NCBI GenBank assembly: GCA_963704435.1
Contig: OY969902.1
Span: 450,001 to 482,000 of the forward strand
Origin: an uncultured archaeon
GTDB lineage: Archaea > Micrarchaeota > Micrarchaeia > Micrarchaeales > CABMGC01
Direction of reading: 5' to 3'
DNA length: 32,000 nt
Below, in pieces: positions 18,435-25,505 of this stretch. Under the pieces are notes generated by a model. It saw only the letters and a list, made by a program, of their open reading frames with translations. It was not told the origin of the DNA and did no database searches. Position 1 is the first letter of the stretch; each line of letters opens with the position of its first letter. The position numbers were made by a program, and so were the translations under genes.

Positions 18435-18923
18435 TCACCCGACCCTTTTGAATTCCCTGAGGAGATAGGAGTCGCCTGACTTTTCAATGGTGCATTCGTA
18501 ATATCTAGGATTCTCGTTCGCCATCATCTTTTCTATTATGGCGAAATCGCTGGGTATTACCCTGTCCTTCAGCTTGCCGATCCCATTCAGGTCAACCCAC
18601 TCCAACTCCCCTTCCGTGCCCTCCTTGATCGCGTCGGTCTTTGGGAAGAGTTCGAACAGGAACAGCAGGTAATGATTGATTATCTTGCCGCCCTCCTTCT
18701 CATGCTCCGAGACGATTCCCATGAACCTCTTGACTTCGGACTCGATTCCGGACTCTTCACGGGTCTCCCTGACCGCGGCGGTTGCGGCGTGCTCGTTCTG
18801 CTCTATCTTTCCTCCCGGCATCCCCAGAAGGCCCGTGTAGCTGCCCTTGACCCTCCTTATGAGAAGTATCTTGTTGTCCCTTACCAAAGCCGAAACCGCT
18901 ATCGCGAGTGGACGTTCGCCCAT
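18435..18923 (-). CDS. NUDIX hydrolase
   Basis: Complete Nudix box GKIEQNEHAATAAVRETREESGI. Confidence 0.92.
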   Translation of the reverse strand: MGERPLAIAVSALVRDNKILLIRRVKGSYTGLLGMPGGKIEQNEHAATAAVRETREESGIESEVKRFMGIVSEHEKEGGKIINHYLLFLFELFPKTDAIKEGTEGELEWVDLNGIGKLKDRVIPSDFAIIEKMMANENPRYYECTIEKSGDSYLLREFKRVG

Positions 18924-18927
18924 GATA

Positions 18928-19749
18928 TCAGAACGCTTCCACGCGGGGCCAGCTGAACTGCTCTGGGTTCTCCTCCTCTTCCTCGAGTGCCGCCACGGAG
19001 CTCATCCTCGCGTACACAAGCATGACTATGCTGAGGAATGCGATGCCATTCACCACGAGCAGGTAGTTGGTGCTGCTGTTGAGGTATTCGAACGTCACCG
19101 CAAGGATGACGGCCGAGTTCACGAACCCCCCGATAAGGTGTCCCATCTTCGGTTTCATGACCATGACCAGCCCCCCAATCAGAGTGAGCACAATGAGCGT
19201 AACGTTAACGAGAGAGATCGCGTAGTTGTAGTTAAGCGTGGCGATGAATGAAGGCAGGCCGATCGCCGCGACGTTGCTAGCCAGGAATATGGCCTGCGGG
19301 TACGTGAAATAGCCGAATATGATCCCGTTCGCGATGAAAAGGACCCCAGTCAGTAGTCCGAACACGTTTATCGCTTCCGCCTTCTCTTCTGCCGCCTTAG
19401 GCTTGGCAATTCCTGCCTGCTGTGTGTGAGCCTCAAGGGGCGCATATCCGTACAAGCGCTCGCTCTCCTCGGGTGTGGTCTCCTCCTCTGCTCTTGTTGC
19501 CTCCGTCTGAACCTGCGGTGCCGCTGCCTGCAGCGCAGGGGCGGGCGCCGCTCCGACGGCCTCCACTTCCTCCGGCTGCGGGGAAGGCGGAGCTTGCTGA
19601 GGCTGCGCGACCGCCGCTGGCGTCTCTACTTCAAGAGGCGCTGCGGCTGGTTTGGGTTCAGGCTCGACTGTGGCCGGAGGCTGCGCCTCTGGCTTCGGCT
19701 TTTCCTTGACCGCCTTCTCCTTCTTCGGCTTCGGCTGCATTCCCCGCAT
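18928..19749 (-). CDS. Hypothetical membrane protein with Pro/Ala/Glu-rich N-terminus and C-terminal multi-TM domain
   Basis: MRGMQPKPKKEKAVKEKPKPEAQPP... low-complexity region, then ~4 hydrophobic segments. ORF track opens at 19794 with GTG, but MRGMQPK at 19749 is a plausible start. Confidence 0.7.
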   Translation of the reverse strand: MRGMQPKPKKEKAVKEKPKPEAQPPATVEPEPKPAAAPLEVETPAAVAQPQQAPPSPQPEEVEAVGAAPAPALQAAAPQVQTEATRAEEETTPEESERLYGYAPLEAHTQQAGIAKPKAAEEKAEAINVFGLLTGVLFIANGIIFGYFTYPQAIFLASNVAAIGLPSFIATLNYNYAISLVNVTLIVLTLIGGLVMVMKPKMGHLIGGFVNSAVILAVTFEYLNSSTNYLLVVNGIAFLSIVMLVYARMSSVAALEEEEENPEQFSWPRVEAF

Positions 19750-19797
19750 CTTGAAAATCAGCAGATTATCGGGGTTGACTGGCACGCAAACCACTGG

Positions 19798-20031
19798 CTA
19801 ATAGAACCTCTTGCCCATCCTCGCAGCCATCTCCTTCTTCTTCTCGAATATTCCCCTGTGCTTCGCGCAGCTTATGCAGTAGTAGACCTTCCTTCGCTCC
19901 ATGAACCTTATGTCGTTGCCAGTATGCAGGTCCGTGGAGAAGCTTATCGCCTTGTTGAACACCACTCCCTTGTTTCTTGGGACTTTCCTTCCGCATGAGT
20001 CGCACGTTACAGAAATCTCTCTTCCTCTCAA
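19798..20031 (-). CDS. Zinc-ribbon protein resembling ribosomal protein S26e (eS26)
   Basis: 77 aa: VTCDSCGRKVPRNKGVVFNK...RRKVYYCISCAKHRGIFEKK. The CxxCxRxVPxxK...YCxSCAxH pattern is the eS26 signature. Confidence 0.6.
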   Translation of the reverse strand: MRGREISVTCDSCGRKVPRNKGVVFNKAISFSTDLHTGNDIRFMERRKVYYCISCAKHRGIFEKKKEMAARMGKRFY

Positions 20032-20129
20032 TTGAACACCTTGCTGATTTTGCTGTTGCCAATTAGATGTACCGAGAAAGCTTAATATTTATACCTTTTC
20101 TGCGCTTATCCACCGATAGCGGTGTATCG

Positions 20130-20717
20130 ATGAAGTTTCTGGTCCTGAGCAATATCGCGGGAAGCGTTGACGGAGTGGTGGACGTGGTGCAGCAGCGCCA
20201 CAGCGTTGTGGCCAAGGAGTCGTCCATGACGAATGAGGCGATGGCCCGCACCGCGGGCGAGGGACTTGAAAAGGGGCAGTATGACGCTGTCATAGTCATC
20301 GCGAAGGATCCCATAGGGGCAGGCATGATACTCAACAAGCAGGAGGGCGTGGAGGCGGCCGTCTGCAGCTCGGCAGAGGATGTGAGGATGGCGAAGGACA
20401 ACGAGGCGAACGTCATAGTCATAAAGGACATCGGCTCCGACAGGCTGCAAGACATACTCGACCAGATAGCGGGAACTGATGGCGTAGCGCGCAGGCTGAA
20501 GGCGGGAATCAGGATTCCCAAGGCGGAGCCGAAGGCGGCCCAGCGCGCAAGGCAGCCCGAGAGGGAGACGGGGGAGGGGCAGCCGGAGAAAAAGCAGAGG
20601 GACAGGCGCGAAGAGGCGGATGGGGAGCCGACCGAGGAAGAGAAGAAGCTCGCAAGCATAAGCGGAACCAGGAAGGGCATTGCCGGCAAACTCAAGGACG
20701 CCCTAGGGATCCTGTGA
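20130..20717 (+). CDS. RpiB/LacAB-fold-like protein with charged C-terminal extension
   Basis: ARTAGEGLEKGQYDAVIVIAKDPIGAGMILNKQEGVEAAVCSSAEDVRMAKDNEANVIVI resembles the RpiB core. C-terminal ~70 aa is rich in K/E/R. ORF track start 20067 replaced by ATG 20130. Confidence 0.55.
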   Translation: MKFLVLSNIAGSVDGVVDVVQQRHSVVAKESSMTNEAMARTAGEGLEKGQYDAVIVIAKDPIGAGMILNKQEGVEAAVCSSAEDVRMAKDNEANVIVIKDIGSDRLQDILDQIAGTDGVARRLKAGIRIPKAEPKAAQRARQPERETGEGQPEKKQRDRREEADGEPTEEEKKLASISGTRKGIAGKLKDALGIL

Positions 20718-20759
20718 GCAATCGGCGCGCATAAATACCTTGTTCGCCAAACTTCCATC

Positions 20760-21092
20760 ATGGACATGGAGTGCAAAAGCATAACGCGGGTGCTGCTGCC
20801 GGCAGTAAGGGCCTCTGTCGCCGAAGTGATGCACAGCCGCTACGATTATACGCAAGAGGAGATAGCCTCCAAGCTCGGCGTTGTGCAGGTCGCGGTGAGC
20901 AAGTACCTGAACGGGAGATACTCCAAGGCCATAGGCGACGCGAAGAGGCGCATCGTGCGTGCGCGGCTCAACGATGGCGTGGTGCGGAGGATACTGAGCG
21001 GGGGAACGAGGGAGGACATAGACAGCGAGATAGATTCTCTCTGCGATAAGCTCTTAAAATTAAACTCACATAGTCAACATCTTACGGATTGA
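20760..21092 (+). CDS. Small HTH transcriptional regulator (COG2522-like)
   Basis: RVLLPAVRASVAEVMHSRYDYTQEEIASKLGVVQVAVSKYLNGRYSKAI: the 'LLPAVRA.+A..+...Y..TQ.EIA..LG+.Q.AVSKYL.G' arrangement. Confidence 0.8.
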   Translation: MDMECKSITRVLLPAVRASVAEVMHSRYDYTQEEIASKLGVVQVAVSKYLNGRYSKAIGDAKRRIVRARLNDGVVRRILSGGTREDIDSEIDSLCDKLLKLNSHSQHLTD

Positions 21093-21111
21093 TGATATTT
21101 CTATTGAAGAT

Positions 21112-22392
21112 ATGGATGATCGCATGGCAGAAGAACTAAACCCATTCCGAATATCGCAGATGCAGCTCGATGAGGCGGCGGGAATAATGGGCCTTGACAA
21201 GCAGGCGCACGCCATACTCAGGGAGCCGATGAGGACGCTGACCGTAAGCATACCTGTGAAGATGCGCAACGGATCGACGGAAGTGTTCACTGGATTCAGG
21301 GTCCAGTACAATGATGCAAGGGGACCAGGAAAGGGCGGCATAAGGTACCATCCGCAGGAGAACATCGACACAGTCAAGGCGCTTAGCGCCTGGATGACAT
21401 GGAAGACGGCACTGGCGAACATACCCTATGGAGGAGCAAAGGGAGGGATCATCTGCGACCCAAAGAGCATGAACGGCGCTGAGATCGAGGCCCTCTCACG
21501 CGGATACATACGCGCGCTAGGCAGGTTCATAGGGCCGGACAGGGACATACCCGCGCCTGACGTCTACACCACCCCGCAGATAATGGCGTGGATGATGGAC
21601 GAGTACAGCAAGATGGTGGGCCACAACGAGTTCGGCCTGATAACGGGCAAGCCACTCGAGGTCGGAGGATCGGAAGGCAGGGGCGACGCCACTGCCAAGG
21701 GAGGAATGTTCGTCCTGAGGGAAGCCGCGAAAGTAATGAAGATGGACATAAAGAAGATGAAGATAGCGATTCAGGGATTCGGCAACGCTGGAATGTTCGC
21801 CTTCGAGCTCAGTCAGCAGCTGGGAGCGAAGGTCGTCGCGGTCAGCGACTCGAAGGGAGGAATCTACTCGGAGAGCGGGCTGGACTCGAAGAAGCTTGCG
21901 GATGCAAAGCTGAAGACGGGATCGGTGCAGGGCTACGGTGGAGCGGGAGCCCAGAAGATAACGAACGACAAGCTGCTTGAGCTGGGAGTCGACGTGCTCA
22001 TACCTGCCGCCCTTGAGAACCAGATAACGAAGTCTAACGCAGACAGGATAAAGGCCAAGATGGTCCTTGAGCTTGCGAACGGTCCGGTAACCCCCGATGC
22101 TGATTCGATCCTTTTCGAGAAGGGCATCCTGGACCTTCCGGACTTCCTCGTGAACTCGGGCGGCGTGGTCGTCTCATATTTCGAGTGGGTGCAGAACATC
22201 GGCGGCTACTACTGGGACAAGGATGACGTCTATGCGAAGCTCGACAGGATAATGACGAGGTCCTTCAAGAGCGTCACCGACACGCAGAAGGAGTATGCAG
22301 GGAAGGGCAAGAAGATAAGCCCGAGGATGGCCGCATACATAGTGGCGGTAGGCAGAGTCGCTGCCGCGATGAAGATACGCGGATGGTACTGA
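21112..22392 (+). CDS. gdhA: Glutamate dehydrogenase (Glu/Leu/Phe/Val dehydrogenase family)
   Basis: FRVQYNDARGPGKGGIRYHPQENIDTVKALSAWMTWKTALANIPYGGAKGGI, APDVYTTPQIMAWMMDEYSK and IQGFGNAG. Confidence 0.95.
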   Translation: MDDRMAEELNPFRISQMQLDEAAGIMGLDKQAHAILREPMRTLTVSIPVKMRNGSTEVFTGFRVQYNDARGPGKGGIRYHPQENIDTVKALSAWMTWKTALANIPYGGAKGGIICDPKSMNGAEIEALSRGYIRALGRFIGPDRDIPAPDVYTTPQIMAWMMDEYSKMVGHNEFGLITGKPLEVGGSEGRGDATAKGGMFVLREAAKVMKMDIKKMKIAIQGFGNAGMFAFELSQQLGAKVVAVSDSKGGIYSESGLDSKKLADAKLKTGSVQGYGGAGAQKITNDKLLELGVDVLIPAALENQITKSNADRIKAKMVLELANGPVTPDADSILFEKGILDLPDFLVNSGGVVVSYFEWVQNIGGYYWDKDDVYAKLDRIMTRSFKSVTDTQKEYAGKGKKISPRMAAYIVAVGRVAAAMKIRGWY

Positions 22393-22395
22393 TCG

Positions 22396-24126
22396 CTATC
22401 TCTTGAATGACCTGAGCAGGTCCTTCAGCTTCATCGTATTTATCACATCATCCTTCGTCAGCCAGCCCCGCTTCGCCATTCCGATTCCATACCTCATGAA
22501 CTCCAGATGCGACGTCATGTGCGCGTCGCTGCTTACGCAGAACTTGAGCCCGTACTTCTTGGCCCGGATTATGTTCTCGTCGTTGAGGTCCAGCCTGTCG
22601 AATATGGAGTCAATCTCCATCGTCACCTTCGCTTCCTTCGCGGCCTCGAAGACCTGGTCGAGGTCCAGCGCGATGGGCTCCCTCTGATTTATCAGCCGGC
22701 ATGTCGGGTGGCCGAGTATGTCGATGCTTCCGCTTGACAGCGCCTTCATCACCCTTTTCGTCATCGCGTCCTTCGGCATGCCTAGGTTCGTATGGACGCT
22801 CGCAAGCACGTAGTCCATCTGGTCCAGCGTCCTGTCCTTGAGGTCCAGCGTGCCATCCTTCAGTATGTCAACCTCCCCGCTTTTCAGAAGCCTTATCCTG
22901 CCGTCGAGCTTGCTGTTCATCCGGTCTATCTCGTCGAAGTACTTTTCGAATGCCCTGTCGTCCATTCCCCGGGCGACGTACTCGGTCTTCGTGTGGTCAG
23001 ACATGCCCAAGTAAGACCTCTTGAGCCGGATTGCCGCCTCGGCCATCTCCGCTATCGTGCTGGACCCGTCGCTGTGGCTGCTGTGCACGTGGAGGTCTCC
23101 TGCCAGGTCACTCAGTTGCACGAGCCGCGGTAGCTTGTGCTGCCTTGCGAGGTCTATCTCGCCCCTGTTCTCCCTCATCTCAGGCTCCATGCAGTCCATC
23201 CCCAGCTTCTGGTAGATGGCCTCCTCCGATTCGCCCTTGACGAGGTTGCGATTCCTTTTGTCGAATAGGCCGTACTCGTTGAGCTTGTAGCCCTTCCTTA
23301 TAGCTATCTCCCTTAGCCTGATGTTGTGGTCCTTGTTCCCGGTGAAGTACTGCACCGCCGCGCCGAAGCTCTCCCTCTCCACTAGCCTGAAGTCGCAGGT
23401 TATCCCGATCTTCAGCATCACGGTGGTCTTGGTGGGACCCTTCACGACAACGCTTCCGACCTGCGGCATCCGCGTGACGAAGCTCATGACCTTCTCGCCC
23501 TTTCCGGAAACCAGGAGCATGTCGAGATCCCCGACCGTCTCCTTCATCCTCCGCGACGAGCCGCAGATGACGACGCGCTCGACAAGCCCCGATGCGAGCA
23601 GCGCGCCCCTTATGGCCTCCGCCTCCGGCAGGGCCACCCCCAGGAGCATGCGGCCCTTGCTCGACTCGAGCAAGCCGAGCGACTTGGCCATCTCGGACTC
23701 GGTGCGCTCTCCGAACCCCTGAATCTTGCTCACCTTGTGCGCTTCAATGGCCTTCTTCAGGTCGTCGGTGTTCCTGACCCCCAGCGCCTTGTAGAGCTTG
23801 AATACCTTTTTGGGGCCCATGCCCTGCAGCTTGGTGAGGCCTGAGAAGTCTATCGGATACTTCCTCTTCAGCTCATCGTACTTCGACATCCTGCCGGTCT
23901 CTATGTACTCGCGTATCCTGTCGGCCAGCGTCTTGCCGACGCCAGACAGGAGCAGCAGCCCATCGATGCCCTGCTTGCCGTAGATTGCGCCCACGTCCTC
24001 CTGCAGGAGGCCTATCGTCAGCGCGGCCTTCCTGTACGCGAGGACCTCGAACTTCCTCCTGTCGCCCTCTAGCTCCAGCATGTCGGAGATCTCGCCGAAC
24101 ATCTCCGCGATCTTGGTGTTGTACAC
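22396..24126 (-). CDS. polX: Family X DNA polymerase with PHP domain (PolX)
   Basis: N-terminal HhH/PolX region (GVGKTLADRIREYIETG, GMGPKKVFKLYKALG), CGSSRRMKETVGDLDMLL nucleotidyltransferase motif, C-terminal PHP (DLHVHSSHSDGSSTIAEMAEAA, HPTCRLINQREP). Confidence 0.93.
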   Translation of the reverse strand: MYNTKIAEMFGEISDMLELEGDRRKFEVLAYRKAALTIGLLQEDVGAIYGKQGIDGLLLLSGVGKTLADRIREYIETGRMSKYDELKRKYPIDFSGLTKLQGMGPKKVFKLYKALGVRNTDDLKKAIEAHKVSKIQGFGERTESEMAKSLGLLESSKGRMLLGVALPEAEAIRGALLASGLVERVVICGSSRRMKETVGDLDMLLVSGKGEKVMSFVTRMPQVGSVVVKGPTKTTVMLKIGITCDFRLVERESFGAAVQYFTGNKDHNIRLREIAIRKGYKLNEYGLFDKRNRNLVKGESEEAIYQKLGMDCMEPEMRENRGEIDLARQHKLPRLVQLSDLAGDLHVHSSHSDGSSTIAEMAEAAIRLKRSYLGMSDHTKTEYVARGMDDRAFEKYFDEIDRMNSKLDGRIRLLKSGEVDILKDGTLDLKDRTLDQMDYVLASVHTNLGMPKDAMTKRVMKALSSGSIDILGHPTCRLINQREPIALDLDQVFEAAKEAKVTMEIDSIFDRLDLNDENIIRAKKYGLKFCVSSDAHMTSHLEFMRYGIGMAKRGWLTKDDVINTMKLKDLLRSFKR

Positions 24127-24216
24127 GGAATAGAATCGAAGCGCAATATTTAAACGCTATCTGCGCGCGGACGCGAAAGTATTTTAGCCTTGCTTTCTAC
24201 AGATAAGCGTGATGGC

Positions 24217-25248
24217 ATGATGTACGACCAGCCCACGCAGGGACCTGCGCAATTCGATTTCGATTTCTTCAAGCCGAAGATAGCGGTCGTCGGTGTCGGC
24301 GGAGGCGGGAACAACACCGTGCAGAGGCTGAGCACGCTCGATATAAAGGGAGCGAGCCTGTTCGCGTTCAACACTGACGGGAAGCAGCTCGGGATGCTGA
24401 ACTCATCGATAACGAAGCTGATGCTAGGGAAAGACCTGACGCACGGCCTCGGCGCTGGCGGATTCCCAGAAATAGGCGCGAAGAGCGCCGAGATGTCGCG
24501 CAGGGAAATAGAGCTCCTGCTGAAGGACTCTAACCTCGTGTTCGTTACTGCGGGAATGGGAGGCGGCACCGGAACGGGGGCCATGCCTGTAGTTTCGCGG
24601 ATCGCGAAGGACAGCGGCGCCATATGCGTCGGCATAGTGACGCTCCCGTTCTCGCTGGAGCGCGTCAGGCTCGACACCGCGAGGAAGGGCATAGACAAGC
24701 TCAGGCAGGCGGTGGATACGCTCATCGTGATAGACAACCAGAGGCTGGTGACGCTGTTCCCGAACCTGCCAATAGAGCAGACGTTCATGCTGGCGGACGA
24801 GATAACGGCCAAGGCAGTGAGGGGGATAACCGAGACCATAACCCAGCCCAGCCTGATAAACCTCGATTTCGCGGACGTCAGGACGATAATGTCGGGAGGC
24901 GGGCTCGCGATGATAAGCGTGGGCACTGCGCAGGGATCCAACAGGGTTGACGACGCCGTCAAGGCCACCCTGAAGAACAAGCTGCTCGACGTGGACTACT
25001 CGCAGGCGACGGGAGTGCTGATGCACATAATAGGAGGGCCGGACCTCACGCTCGGCGATGCCAACGCCATAGGGACGAAGCTCACCGAGAGCATCTCCGC
25101 GAACGCCAGCGTCACCTGGGGAGCAAGGCTCGACCCGGATTACACGGGCAAGGTAGAGATAATCGCGATATTCACGGGAGTCGGAGGGTCTTCGGTTATC
25201 GGAAAGAAGGACGAGGCGGAAAGCGACTTCGGACTGGGCAGCCTCTAA
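24217..25248 (+). CDS. ftsZ: Cell division protein FtsZ (paralog B)
   Basis: GVGGGGNNTVQRL, NTDGKQL, GMGGGTGTGAMPVVS and NLDFADVRTIMSGGG. ATG at 24217 preferred to TTG at 24190. Confidence 0.95.
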   Translation: MMYDQPTQGPAQFDFDFFKPKIAVVGVGGGGNNTVQRLSTLDIKGASLFAFNTDGKQLGMLNSSITKLMLGKDLTHGLGAGGFPEIGAKSAEMSRREIELLLKDSNLVFVTAGMGGGTGTGAMPVVSRIAKDSGAICVGIVTLPFSLERVRLDTARKGIDKLRQAVDTLIVIDNQRLVTLFPNLPIEQTFMLADEITAKAVRGITETITQPSLINLDFADVRTIMSGGGLAMISVGTAQGSNRVDDAVKATLKNKLLDVDYSQATGVLMHIIGGPDLTLGDANAIGTKLTESISANASVTWGARLDPDYTGKVEIIAIFTGVGGSSVIGKKDEAESDFGLGSL

Positions 25249-25276
25249 AAGACGCAGTGAGAACGATCAGGGCTTA

Positions 25277-25444
25277 CTAAATTTTCCTGTGCAGGAGAAG
25301 CATTAGCGCCTCATCCGGAGGATTGAGGAGCACCTTGTACGCCTCATGCAGCATGGCTGCCATCACTTCGGAACCTAGTGGCGCAGATGGCTCGCGATTG
25401 CGGCTAAGGCCGACGGTCACGCGCATCGGTGTTTCCTGGCGCAT
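25277..25444 (-). CDS. Possible small protein (55 aa), uncertain
   Basis: MRQETPMRVTVGLSRNREPSAPLGSEVMAAMLHEAYKVLLNPPDEALMLLLHRKI, read manually in the ftsZ-rad50 gap. No family recognised. Confidence 0.25.
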   Translation of the reverse strand: MRQETPMRVTVGLSRNREPSAPLGSEVMAAMLHEAYKVLLNPPDEALMLLLHRKI

Positions 25445-25505
25445 CTTATCAAACTATCTGAATGCGGCCATGTATTAAAACGTTGGCTTTATAGATCGCA
25501 GGCGC

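Noticed and set aside
16934-18451. 505-aa ORF on the same strand overlapping aCPSF1
   Set aside because: Arg/Gly/Gln-rich shifted-frame translation with no domain signature. It lies wholly over a clear aCPSF1 gene and is expected from the GC and codon bias.
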